From: Thermoplasmata archaeon
GTDB lineage: Archaea; Thermoplasmatota; Thermoplasmata; Lutacidiplasmatales; UBA184
Length of the DNA: 64,000 bases
Assembly: GCA_022750335.1 (NCBI GenBank)
Contig: JAKIVX010000002.1
Location: 53,442 to 117,441 of the forward strand
Direction: 5' to 3'
Both the position numbers and the translations under genes were made by a program. This document shows positions 30,275-40,407 of the stretch, in pieces. How positions within the stretch are numbered: position 1 is the stretch's first letter; every line of letters begins with the position of its first letter. Below the pieces are notes generated by a model. The model saw only the letters and a list, made by a program, of their open reading frames with translations. It made no database searches and had not been told where the DNA came from.

Positions 30275-31027
30275 ATGACGTGGACCTCGAGTCAGAAGTA
30301 CCTCGCCGAATTCCTCGGAACGTTCGGATTGCTGGCCTCCGTCGGGGGAGCCGCGGTCTTCTCGGGATTGATTTCGGCAGGCCTGCTCGACAGCTCGCGC
30401 ACGATCCTGATCGCCGCCGCCCTCGGCTTTGGTGTCCTCGGGATGGCGTATGCATTCGGAGACATTTCCGGCGGCCATTTCAACCCCGCCATCACCATCG
30501 GCTTCTGGGCCTCGGGCCGCTTCCCTGCCCGGGAGGTCGTGCCCTACATCGTCGCCCAGGTCCTCGGGGGAATCACCGCGATGGGGATCATCGCGGGGAT
30601 CGCCTACGGAGGCCCGACCGGCTTCTTCTCCTCGGTCCAGGCCGGCGCCCTCGCCTCGCAGGGATACACGGGAAACGGGAGCGGGTACCTATACAGCGCC
30701 ACCGCGGTCTTCCTCCTCGAAGTGCTGTTCACCTTCTTCCTCGTCGCCGTCGCGTTGTTCGTCACCCGCGCCGAGAATACTTCGAAGAACATCGCTGCGA
30801 TCGCGATCACCATGACCCTGTTCATGACCAACCTGGTCGCGATCCCGGTCGACGGAGCCTCGATCAACCCCGCCCGTAGTTTCGCGCCCGCGATCCTCTC
30901 GGCGTTCTGGCCGTCCGGACAGTGGGCGATCAAGGAGGACTGGATCTTCTGGGTCGCACCCATCGTCGGCGGGCTCATCGCGGCGTTCGTCGAGCGCGCC
31001 CTCCGACCGCGGGGCCACCCGACTTAA
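30275..31027 (+). CDS. Aquaporin (MIP, AqpZ-like)
   Basis: Two NPA motifs ('SGGHFNPA', 'SINPARS'), 'AEFLGT'. Confidence 0.93.
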   Translation: MTWTSSQKYLAEFLGTFGLLASVGGAAVFSGLISAGLLDSSRTILIAAALGFGVLGMAYAFGDISGGHFNPAITIGFWASGRFPAREVVPYIVAQVLGGITAMGIIAGIAYGGPTGFFSSVQAGALASQGYTGNGSGYLYSATAVFLLEVLFTFFLVAVALFVTRAENTSKNIAAIAITMTLFMTNLVAIPVDGASINPARSFAPAILSAFWPSGQWAIKEDWIFWVAPIVGGLIAAFVERALRPRGHPT

Positions 31028-31046
31028 ACGGGGCCCCGCCGTCGCG

Positions 31047-31460
31047 CTAGACCCCGAGGGCCACATGGCCCTCGGGGCTGAACAGACGGTCGGATCGGTC
31101 CGCCGGCCCGTAGTAATGGACCAGTCCCGGACCGCTCGTTCGGGCCCATTCGATCCCCTGCTCCTTGAAAGTCGGGGGCTCCGCGCCCACCTCGATGACC
31201 ATCTCGATCAGATGCGGCGGGGCCGTGATCCCGTCCCGGGCGATCCGGAGCGAATCGTTGGCTTCGTCGAGAACGACCCAGGACAGTGGCACGACCAGGT
31301 GGAGGCGGAGCAGCCGGGGGCGGAACTGGCTCTCGCTTTCCGTTTCGGTCCGAGAGAACACGGCGTACTCCTCCGCCTCGAACGTCGCCAATCGATCGAA
31401 CTGAAAGGATCGCTGCCGGAACTCGAGGACGTTGATCTCGAGGTCGGACGCGGTGAGCAC
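31047..31460 (-). CDS. Hypothetical protein
   Basis: 137-aa ORF of normal composition filling the gap; TATA-like TTATCTA upstream. Confidence 0.55.
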   Translation of the reverse strand: MLTASDLEINVLEFRQRSFQFDRLATFEAEEYAVFSRTETESESQFRPRLLRLHLVVPLSWVVLDEANDSLRIARDGITAPPHLIEMVIEVGAEPPTFKEQGIEWARTSGPGLVHYYGPADRSDRLFSPEGHVALGV

Positions 31461-31569
31461 ACGGCGCTCAGCCGGGCCGTCTAGATAACGTCCGGGGCGT
31501 TCGTCCGATAGAAGAGGTCGCCACCTCGGGGGAACCCTAATAAACCGTTACCCCTCCCCCCGCCGTCCT

Positions 31570-31677
31570 GTGAAACGCTCCTCGAGGGTCTGGAAGAAGC
31601 GCGGCCACATGCGGTGGAAGTGGCGCAAGAAGCGGATGCGGAGACGCATGCGCGCCCAGAAGATGCGAAAGCGCTAA
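31570..31677 (+). CDS. rpl41e: Ribosomal protein eL41 (L41e); not in ORF track
   Basis: GTG start, MKRSSRVWKKRGHMRWKWRKKRMRRRMRAQKMRKR*; 'MRWKWRKKRMRR' is the eL41 signature; TAATAAA about 30 nt upstream. Confidence 0.88.
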   Translation: MKRSSRVWKKRGHMRWKWRKKRMRRRMRAQKMRKR

Positions 31678-31765
31678 CGCGCTTCGTGTTGCGGATTCCA
31701 ACCTCTTCCGTCCCGGCCCTCCCTGGGTTCGGGACACGACCTGCAGGAATCAGGTCGGTATCGAC

Positions 31766-31983
31766 TTACCACGTGATGCGGTCGAGTTTCCGCGCGAGCT
31801 TTGTCGTCTTTTTCCACTCCCGGTAATGGTCCCGGCAGAGCGGGGCCCGTCGCCCCTTGTCCGGGAGCCGGTCGAACGCCTTTCGAGCTTCCGCGAGAGC
31901 CAGGTGTCGGACGGAGGGGGCCCCGCAGCCGGGCACGACGCAGGGTTCCTCGACCTCGGGTTCGTGCGAGGGACCGGGGGGCG

Positions 31984-31987
<4 letters not shown>
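31766..31987 (-). CDS. Small Zn-finger protein (Cx4C...CxxH)
   Basis: 'CVVPGC...[11 protein letters not shown]'; GTGA overlap with sucD. Confidence 0.72.
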
Positions 31988-32864
<877 letters not shown>

Positions 32865-32868
<4 letters not shown>

Positions 32869-34001
32869 GCCGAACCTCCGGCGGCGGCCGCGACCACGGC
32901 CTGGGCGGATTCCTTCAGCTGGGGGATGGATGTGACTCCGGCGGCGCGAAGGATCTCGATCCCTTCCTTCTCGTTGTTGCCCCGGATCCGGGCGACGAGC
33001 GGAAACCGTTCGTTCGCGGGGACCTGACCCATCGCGTCGACCAGGCCCTTTGCGACCGTATCGCACCGCGTGACCCCACCGAAGATGTTGAGGAAGACCG
33101 CTTTCGGTTTCGCTCGGGCCATGAGGAGGAACGCCTCCGTAACCTTGCGGGGGTCGTCGGTGCCGCCGAGGTCGAGAAAGACCCCGGGGCTGCCTCCGAA
33201 CTCCTTGAGGACATCGAGCGTGGCCATCGTGAGCCCGGCCCCGTTCGCGATCACGCCGATGTTCCCGTCGAGCTGGACGAATGCGATGTCCTTCTCCCGC
33301 GCGATCTCCTCGAGCGGCGTCCGGTCGTCCCGGAGGGCGGCGTACTCGGGGTGGCGGAAGTTCGCGTCGTCCTCGATGATGACCTTCGCGTCGAGGGCCA
33401 CTAATCCGTCCCCCACGACCGCCAGCGGGTTGATCTCGACCAGTTCCGCATCCTCGGCCTGGAACAGTCGCCAGAGGGACTCGAGCAGGCGGTCCAGCGA
33501 TCGGGCCGGGCCGCCGGTAAGTCCGAGCACCTTCGCGACCCGCCGCTTCTCGAACGACGTCAGTCCGGGGAACGGGTCGACGTGCTGACGGTCGATCTCG
33601 GCGTCGTCGACCGACTCGATCTCGACCCCGCCGTGACCGCTGGTGATCAGTACCGGAAGACGCGCGCTTCGGTCGAGTGTGATCGAAAGGTAGAGCTCCC
33701 TCGAGAGGGACAGTTTCTCCTCGAGAAGCACCTCTTTGACACGCTCTCCTTTGAACTCGAGCCCGAGGATCGCCTCGGCGGCGGTCCGAGCCTCAGCCGC
33801 GGTCGCGGCGAATCGGACCGCACCACCCTTTCCGCGACCGCCGGCCAGGACCTGGGCCTTGACCACGCACGGAAGCGGGACGGTACCGTCGAGTACGAGG
33901 GCCCCGGCCTCCGCCGCCGAGCGTGCCACCGCTCCCTTCGGGAGAGGGACCCCGTACTTCCGAAAGACCTCTTTGCCCCGCCACTCCGCCAGTTTGACCA
34001 C
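32865..34001 (-). CDS. sucC: Succinyl-CoA synthetase beta subunit
   Basis: '[13 protein letters not shown]', 'EINPL', '[11 protein letters not shown]', 'NIFGG'. Confidence 0.96.
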
Positions 34002-34039
34002 GCCGCAGCACCCCTCGGCGCGCCGAGCCGGGCGGTCTA

Positions 34040-35383
34040 TTAAGGCCGACGGGGAGGACGTCGCCGAGCGCCGCCGCCGCCGCGCCGACGCGCGGGACCT
34101 CGGGAGCTGACCCCGGAACTGGAACGGGAGGCAGTCCCCGTCGCCGCGTGCGTCACGTTCGCGATCTCGCGGCCCAGGTCATCGAGGAGCTTGCCCGCGA
34201 CGTCCGGTTTTGGCCCGCGGATCCATTGCCCCCTTCCCACGCCCGAGAGCACGATCACGCTCGTGTCGCTCGCTCCCATCGCGCTGACATCATTGGCGAC
34301 GACCCAATCCGCTCCGGTCTCGGTCCGCAATCGCTCGCCTTCGGCCTCGAGCTGTTCGGGAGTCGCTCCCGTTTCGAGCTTGAACCCGACCAGGCGGGTC
34401 GGTCGGGGGGCGAGGCTCCGCAACGTCGGCAACACCTTCGGGGCCCGCCGCAGGGCCAAGGTGAGCACGGCATGGTCGCGGGAGGCGATCTTTCCGCTCC
34501 GAGGCTCGAGCGTGAAGTCGGACAGCGCCGCTGGCACCAGGATCGCGGCCGCGCGGGCCAGATCGGCCCGCCGTAGTCGGGCCAGTGCGATCAGGTCCTC
34601 GACCCCCTGCCAGCGGACCAGAGGGAGCCAGGCTGGCGGGGTCACCTGGAGGGCTCCCGCCCAGAACTCCACCTCCGCGCCCCGGAAGTATGCTTGCGTC
34701 GCGAGGGCGACCGCCATCGTCCCGGAACTCTCGTTCGTCAGCGATCGCACCGCGTCGATCTTCTCGCGCGACGCGCCCCCGATCACGATGAGACGTCGTT
34801 GGGCCCAGGGTCCGCTCGCGAGGCGGTGAAGGACCGCTGCGGCGACCTCCTCGGGTGTCGCGATCTTCTCCTCCCCCTCGGTCGAGGCCCCGTGAAGGAC
34901 GGCGACGCCCCACGATCGAAGCCGCTCCAGATTCTCCCGGACGGCCGGATTGAGGCCCATGTGCGAGTGCATCGCGGGCGCGATGAGGAGCGGAACGCCC
35001 CCGCCGAGGGCGACCGAGGCGAACGAGGTCACGGCGGTGTCGTCGATCCCCTGGGCGATCTTGGAGATGGTGTTCGCCGTCGCCGGAGCGATGAGCATGA
35101 GGTCCGCCCGGTCGTCTCCGGGTCCGAGGAAAGTGACGTGTTCGACGTTGCCCGTGAGCTGGAGGACGGGCGGGTGACCGGTCGCGAACTCGACCGCCTC
35201 GGGGGTGATGATCCGCGTCGCCTCAGGGCTCATCACCGCGCGGACCTCGGCACCATGCCGGAGCAACTCTCGGATGATCCGAGGTACCTCCACTGCGGCG
35301 ATGGAACCCGAGATGCCCACGATGATCCGTTTCCCCTCCAACAGGCGGGTGGTACGACCGCGAATTGCTCGACTGGGGTGCAC
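34040..35383 (-). CDS. coaBC: Bifunctional phosphopantothenoylcysteine decarboxylase/synthetase
   Basis: 'GISGSIAA', 'APATANTISK', 'PAMH', 'TNESSGTM', 'VGFKLE'. Confidence 0.93.
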   Translation of the reverse strand: MHPSRAIRGRTTRLLEGKRIIVGISGSIAAVEVPRIIRELLRHGAEVRAVMSPEATRIITPEAVEFATGHPPVLQLTGNVEHVTFLGPGDDRADLMLIAPATANTISKIAQGIDDTAVTSFASVALGGGVPLLIAPAMHSHMGLNPAVRENLERLRSWGVAVLHGASTEGEEKIATPEEVAAAVLHRLASGPWAQRRLIVIGGASREKIDAVRSLTNESSGTMAVALATQAYFRGAEVEFWAGALQVTPPAWLPLVRWQGVEDLIALARLRRADLARAAAILVPAALSDFTLEPRSGKIASRDHAVLTLALRRAPKVLPTLRSLAPRPTRLVGFKLETGATPEQLEAEGERLRTETGADWVVANDVSAMGASDTSVIVLSGVGRGQWIRGPKPDVAGKLLDDLGREIANVTHAATGTASRSSSGVSSRGPARRRGGGGARRRPPRRP

Positions 35384-35469
35384 GGCTCCTCCCACGGGCG
35401 CCACCGGGCAGAAGTATTAGGTCCTCCCGTCGGAGGCTCCCTTAAGGAGCCAGTACCTCTCCACGCGCG

Positions 35470-36345
35470 ATGAGCTCAGGAGCGACCGGGGGCGGAGAGC
35501 CCCCGCGAAAGGCCGATGTCGGTGGGGATCCTGCGCCGACGGGCACCGAGTTGCCGGTTCTCACGGCGACGAGCCAGTTCGCGGAGATCGGGCGACAGAC
35601 GGGGCGGTCTCGGGAGATCGTCGCTCCCAAGACTGTGGAGAGAGGTGTGGTCGTTTTCGACCTCGACGGGACCATCCTCGACGATCTCGGATTGATCTGC
35701 ACGGTCGCGGCCGACGTCTTCGAGAAGGCGTTCGGCACGCCGGCCGCGGAGGGTCGGGTCCATTACCTCGCGACCACGGGCATGCCGTTCGAAGCGCAGC
35801 TCTCCCAACTCTACCCCGAAGCCCCCGCGGAACTTCGGGCGTCCACGGCGCGTACGTTCCATCAGCGCAAGGTGACGGAGGCGTACGCCAAGGCGAAGCC
35901 GTTCCCGGAGATCCCGAAACTACTGAAGCGCGTGGACCAGGAGCACTGGACGATGGTCATCTCCACCGGCGCGGAGACCGAGATGGCCGAACTCATCCTC
36001 GAACGGGAAGGGCTACGGTACTGGTTCGAGGAAGTCCTCGGTTCCGCCGACGGGACCAAGCGGGAGCATCTCGCGGAGTATGCCCGGCGCTATCCCGGGG
36101 CCCCGATGTTCATGGTCGGTGATTCCCGGTTCGACATGGAGGCCGCCCAGTCGGTCCCGGGAGTCCGAGCGATTGGCCGCGCTTCGTCGGTGCGCGGCTG
36201 GACCCTCACGCCGGCGGACCTCGCCCAATGGGGGGCTGTTTGGGCCGACTACTCTCTCTCGGAGCTGCCCGAAGTGCTCGCCGGGCTCACCGCAAAGAAG
36301 GGTCGCGCCCGCGGGCCGGCGAGCGCTCCTCGACAGCGTCGGTAG
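35470..36345 (+). CDS. HAD-family hydrolase
   Basis: 'FDLDGT', 'VGDSRFD'. Confidence 0.88.
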   Translation: MSSGATGGGEPPRKADVGGDPAPTGTELPVLTATSQFAEIGRQTGRSREIVAPKTVERGVVVFDLDGTILDDLGLICTVAADVFEKAFGTPAAEGRVHYLATTGMPFEAQLSQLYPEAPAELRASTARTFHQRKVTEAYAKAKPFPEIPKLLKRVDQEHWTMVISTGAETEMAELILEREGLRYWFEEVLGSADGTKREHLAEYARRYPGAPMFMVGDSRFDMEAAQSVPGVRAIGRASSVRGWTLTPADLAQWGAVWADYSLSELPEVLAGLTAKKGRARGPASAPRQRR

Positions 36346-36453
36346 GGCCGGGACCGAGAGTCTCAAGGCGCGGGGGAGGGCCCCGCGCCTCTTTGAACCC
36401 GGGTCGAGGGATCCACAGTCCCCCAGGATAGGCCAAGCTACCCCATCCCGGCC
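36346..36453 (-). tRNA. tRNA-His(GUG) with encoded G-1 and 32-nt T-loop intron (36360-36391, position 59/60); CCA not encoded
   Basis: Minus strand G-GCCGGGA...CT-GTG-GA...CCGGG-TTCAAA^T-CTCGG-TCCCGGC-C; intron junctions form a strict BHB. Confidence 0.94.
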
Positions 36454-36517
36454 ACGTCGATTGGACGGCGTGCTCTCAAGAAAAGGTTTCCCTCGCGCGG
36501 ACGCCCGACCTCTGAGG

Positions 36518-36775
36518 TCACGGGGGGCGAGTTCGCCCGTCCGGGAGGTCTTCCCGCGCGTCCCGGCCTGAACGGGCCTGCGATGATGCACGTTCTCGGG
36601 CCTCGGCCCCGGCGACGTAGAGGAAGAACGACCCCAGCACGAGAGCAAAGGCGACCGCCAGGTAGGAGGACGAGAACTCGACCCCGGCTCCGGCCCAGAC
36701 CAACCCCACCGCGAAGGCGAGCCCCAGGCCGATCGTGAGGGCCCCGCCGATCCAGAACGTCTTCTCCCGCGTCAT
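36518..36775 (-). CDS. Small 2-TM membrane protein
   Basis: 'MTREKTFWIGG...' with two hydrophobic helices. Confidence 0.65.
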   Translation of the reverse strand: MTREKTFWIGGALTIGLGLAFAVGLVWAGAGVEFSSSYLAVAFALVLGSFFLYVAGAEARERASSQARSGRDAREDLPDGRTRPP

Positions 36776-36813
36776 CGCGAAGCCGGATCCCGGGAGGTTC
36801 CGGGGTCGTCCTC

Positions 36814-37515
36814 CTACTTGTAGGCCCAGACGACGGCCTGACCGAAGAACCGCCAGGGAACGCCGACGTGGGCAAATCCCGCTTTTGCGAGCGCGGCCGT
36901 CTCGGCCGCCACCGTGCTCGGACGGTCGAACTGTTCGTGGTCGTGCCAAACCTGCTGGAGCCGGGCCCACTCGACGCCTCCCCGAGGCGAGCGCTGCGCG
37001 GCGGTGGCGATCTGAGAGTACCGCTGGTCGAAGAGAGGATCCTCGGGGAGGTGATCGTCGGCGTCACCGAAGTAACCTCCGCGCGGGAGGGCTCGGAAGA
37101 TCCGGCGGAACAACTTCCACTTCTCCGGGTCCGCAAGGTGGTGGATCGCGAGCGCGGAGACGACCGCATCGTAGGGCCGATCGGCGAACTGGCCCAGGTC
37201 GCCGTCGACGAGCTCGACCCGGCCACGGAACGGTCGCAGCTTCGTCCGCGCGCGCGCGATCATCCCGGGGGAAAGGTCGATCCCCGTTACGTGCGCGTGG
37301 GGGAACTGCTCGAGGAGAAGGGCTGTCAACGTGCCGGTGCCGACCCCAAGTTCGAGCACCCGAAATTCACGGGTGGGGGAGTACGGGATCCCGCCGAGGA
37401 GGGTGCGATGCAGGTCCGTGTACCCGGGCATCGAGGCCCGAGCCGTACGATCGTACGCCGGTGCTTCGCGGTCGAATTCCCGGCGAAGTGCCGGCCCCTT
37501 CCGGGTCGGAGCCAT
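36814..37515 (-). CDS. Class I SAM-dependent methyltransferase
   Basis: 'VLELGVGTG', 'GIDLSPGM', 'VSALAIHHL'. Confidence 0.88.
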   Translation of the reverse strand: MAPTRKGPALRREFDREAPAYDRTARASMPGYTDLHRTLLGGIPYSPTREFRVLELGVGTGTLTALLLEQFPHAHVTGIDLSPGMIARARTKLRPFRGRVELVDGDLGQFADRPYDAVVSALAIHHLADPEKWKLFRRIFRALPRGGYFGDADDHLPEDPLFDQRYSQIATAAQRSPRGGVEWARLQQVWHDHEQFDRPSTVAAETAALAKAGFAHVGVPWRFFGQAVVWAYK

Positions 37516-37635
37516 CGTGGGGTCCAACGGAACGAGGACATAGAGCTTCGGGGCGGCCGACCCCCCCGCCAAACCTAAGCCCAGCGCCCCCTTCGTGCCC
37601 TAGGGCGGACCGATTGGTCCCGAAGAGCGCGGAAC

Positions 37636-38001
37636 ATGTCGGGAGGAGGGGGTCGGGGTCTCGCGCTCGGGCTCGGAATTCTGGGAGCGATCCTGATCGT
37701 CCTCGAAGGACTGGTCGACGCGGCCCGCGGGGTGGTCTTCCTCGCCTTTGGGCACGCCGGCTTCGCCGTCGGAGCCTGGTCGCAGAGCGTGCTGTTCATC
37801 TTGCTCGGATTCGTCCTCCTGGTCGTGGTCGTGTACGGACGGGCCGCACGACCCGACGGGAGTCGGGCCGCGGGGCTGGTCCTCGTCATCATCCCGCTCC
37901 TCGGGTTCGTCCTGTTCGGGTTCCTTGCGGGCATCCTGGTACTACTGGGTGCGGTCCTTGTGCTGGCCGCCGGGATACTGTACTTGACGGCCGGCTCGTA
38001 G
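37636..38001 (+). CDS. Small 4-TM membrane protein
   Basis: Gly/Leu-rich hydrophobic segments. Confidence 0.7.
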   Translation: MSGGGGRGLALGLGILGAILIVLEGLVDAARGVVFLAFGHAGFAVGAWSQSVLFILLGFVLLVVVVYGRAARPDGSRAAGLVLVIIPLLGFVLFGFLAGILVLLGAVLVLAAGILYLTAGS

Positions 38002-38092
38002 AGCGACCGGACCGGAACCCGGACACTCCGCGAGCGACGGGGATTCGGTGCGGCTCACGTCGGAACGGGTTGGGTCTCCGGCAGGACGGGTC

Positions 38093-38734
38093 CTAAGGAC
38101 ACGTCGTGGCCGTCTGGCAGTTGTTCATCGTGACGACGATGTCGCTCACGGACGGCAACTCGGTGGACGGAACTCCCAGATCGACATAGAGGCCGACGCT
38201 GAAGACCGCCGTCCCGACGGTCGTCGCCGAATTCGAATCAAAGTAACCGTTCCCGAAGGCGTAGACATTGGGCCCGGCGGGGAGGTTGTAGATGATCTCC
38301 ACCTGCACATCGAACCCGACCGCTGCGGTCGTGGGTTGGTTCATGGTGAGCATGACCTGAAGAGCCGAGTCGCCGAGGAACAGCGCCGCCGAACCCGCCA
38401 CCGCGGAGAAATTTTCCCCGCAACCGGTGCCCGCGCAGGCGGTGAGGAGGACGTTCTCATCGAACGTGGAGTTTAGTCCGTGCCCGGTGCCCTGAGCCTG
38501 GGTTCCGGCGGGGCCGTCGAGGCCCGTGATGAGGACTCCTGACACGCTGAGGAGCTGGGTCGATTCGACCGACGCGACGATAAAACCGGTGGGCGCCGTC
38601 ACGGTAATGCTCGAACTCTGCGTCGGTCCCGTGGTCTGCAGAGTACCCGCCGCCAAGGTCCAGCCGCCGGCGAGAGCCAACACGGCGATCACCGTGGCCG
38701 CGTAGACAGTTCTTCGAGCAATCGGTCCGCTCAT
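38093..38734 (-). CDS. Secreted or surface Thr-rich beta protein
   Basis: Signal-like 'MSGPIARRTVYAATVIAVLALAGGW', sequons, two Cys pairs. Confidence 0.7.
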   Translation of the reverse strand: MSGPIARRTVYAATVIAVLALAGGWTLAAGTLQTTGPTQSSSITVTAPTGFIVASVESTQLLSVSGVLITGLDGPAGTQAQGTGHGLNSTFDENVLLTACAGTGCGENFSAVAGSAALFLGDSALQVMLTMNQPTTAAVGFDVQVEIIYNLPAGPNVYAFGNGYFDSNSATTVGTAVFSVGLYVDLGVPSTELPSVSDIVVTMNNCQTATTCP

Positions 38735-38855
38735 CGATCCACACCCGTTGGGAAAAACAATGGCGAATCTACGTATTAATACGCAAGGGTCGCGTCGCTT
38801 TCGAGCACATTTCGCACCGGTTCGTATAACACTCGGCTGGGTCCGGGTCGATACT

Positions 38856-39524
38856 ATGAAAGGGAGGGCGGAGCCATTCTCCGTCGCATTGAGCCCCACG
38901 TCCCGGTCCGAGCCCGCAACCGCACCCGATCCGACCCGATGGTGGACGACTTCTGAGTTCCGCCGCAGCCTGCCTCTGTTCATCGCTGCGGCGATCTTCT
39001 TCGGGACGGGGATCCTCCTCCGATTTGGATTCCCCGCGGACGCCAACTACGGTCCGGGGGTGTTCGCGTTCTGGGCCCTGCTTCTCGCGTTGGGATTTAC
39101 CTGCACGATCGGAGGCGTCATCTCCTGGACGCTTGCGGGGGACGCGAAAGCCCCGACCGCGGAACCCGAGCCCTCCGCACCCCCTCCCGCCTACCTGCCC
39201 ATCGACTTCCCCGAACCCACTGCAAAGGCATCCGCTCCGGCCGAGGCTCGGTCCTACCGCTCCCGTCCGGTATTCGGCCGTCCCTCCCCCGAAGTTCGTC
39301 CCGTCGGGGTCTCCGGAGATTTCTACGAAGGACCCACGGACTCCGAGCGTTTCGAGGGACCGTCGTACGTCCTTCCTATCGATGTCGCGCCGCTCGCGGA
39401 TCCCGAGCCGACCGCTTCTCCGGCGACGAGCGCCGAACCCGTGGAAGAGGTCCTGGCCGACCTCGAGCGGATCGAGCGGGACCTCGCGCCACGGGCGCGA
39501 GCGGTCGAGCCCTCCTCGACGTAG
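38856..39524 (+). CDS. 2-TM membrane protein with Pro/acidic disordered tail
   Basis: Two hydrophobic helices; C-terminal 'VEEVLADLERIERDL'. Confidence 0.65.
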   Translation: MKGRAEPFSVALSPTSRSEPATAPDPTRWWTTSEFRRSLPLFIAAAIFFGTGILLRFGFPADANYGPGVFAFWALLLALGFTCTIGGVISWTLAGDAKAPTAEPEPSAPPPAYLPIDFPEPTAKASAPAEARSYRSRPVFGRPSPEVRPVGVSGDFYEGPTDSERFEGPSYVLPIDVAPLADPEPTASPATSAEPVEEVLADLERIERDLAPRARAVEPSST

Positions 39525-39567
39525 ACCAGAGGCCACCTGTTAAGAGGCGGCCCGGGAGTTTGCCACC

Positions 39568-40179
39568 GTGGTGCTCGTCCCGCTCGGGTCCGTCGACGTG
39601 AGTTCGCTCCGATGGCTTCGCACCCTCAACAGTCCCGCGGGATTCACCCTGTACTCGGGGGATCGGCCGGTCGCCGAGGTCACCTGGGCCAGCGCGAACG
39701 GCTCTCGCGCATTGGCGACGACCGCGGAGGGTCGATGGACCCTGAAGCGGGCCGGGTTTCTGCTTCCCCATCTCACGCTGCGCGTCGAGGGAGCGCCGAA
39801 CGACGCCGCGCGGATCACGCTACACGCCGATATTCGGGCCGACCTCGCCCGGACCGAGGTCACCGCGGGTCGGATCGGCGACAACTATCATCGGGTCGAT
39901 TTCGTCGCGGGCCCCCAGTTTCGTTTCAGCCGGACCGGGGTGCAGACGCCGGCCTGGCGGGTCCGCACGGACGCGGGCGTCGAAGTCGCCCACATCGAAC
40001 CGTTGCGAGAGGGTCGGACGCTGACCTCGGCCGCGGTCATCGTCACTCCCGAAGGTAGCGGGCATCCCGAACTCCTGGCGGTGCTCGTCTTCACGTGGTA
40101 CTTCATCGTGCTCGCTTGGTTCGAGGACGAGATCCTCGCCCCGCTCGAGCGGATGATGTCCGACCTCGAACGACGGTAG
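39568..40179 (+). CDS. Hypothetical beta-rich protein
   Basis: 203 aa; TTAAG box about 25 nt upstream. Confidence 0.65.
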   Translation: MVLVPLGSVDVSSLRWLRTLNSPAGFTLYSGDRPVAEVTWASANGSRALATTAEGRWTLKRAGFLLPHLTLRVEGAPNDAARITLHADIRADLARTEVTAGRIGDNYHRVDFVAGPQFRFSRTGVQTPAWRVRTDAGVEVAHIEPLREGRTLTSAAVIVTPEGSGHPELLAVLVFTWYFIVLAWFEDEILAPLERMMSDLERR

Positions 40180-40191
40180 CGCGGTCGACCG

Positions 40192-40341
40192 TCACGCCGG
40201 TGGGATCGACTGCTTCTTCCACTCGACGAAGCAGGCGCTGCAGAGGTTGTGCATGTGGGCTCCGTCTCCTTCCAGGACCGCGGTGGTCCGGGTGATCGTC
40301 GCCTGGCACCGGTCGCAGATGATCTGACCGTCTCGGATCAT
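40192..40341 (-). CDS. 49-aa zinc-finger microprotein
   Basis: 'ICDRCQ...HNLCSACF'. Confidence 0.6.
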   Translation of the reverse strand: MIRDGQIICDRCQATITRTTAVLEGDGAHMHNLCSACFVEWKKQSIPPA

Positions 40342-40407
40342 GCGGGGGGGCACCGACCTCGCTCGAATAGCTCGGCAGCGTACTAAACGGGCATGTCGTG
40401 CCCGCAC

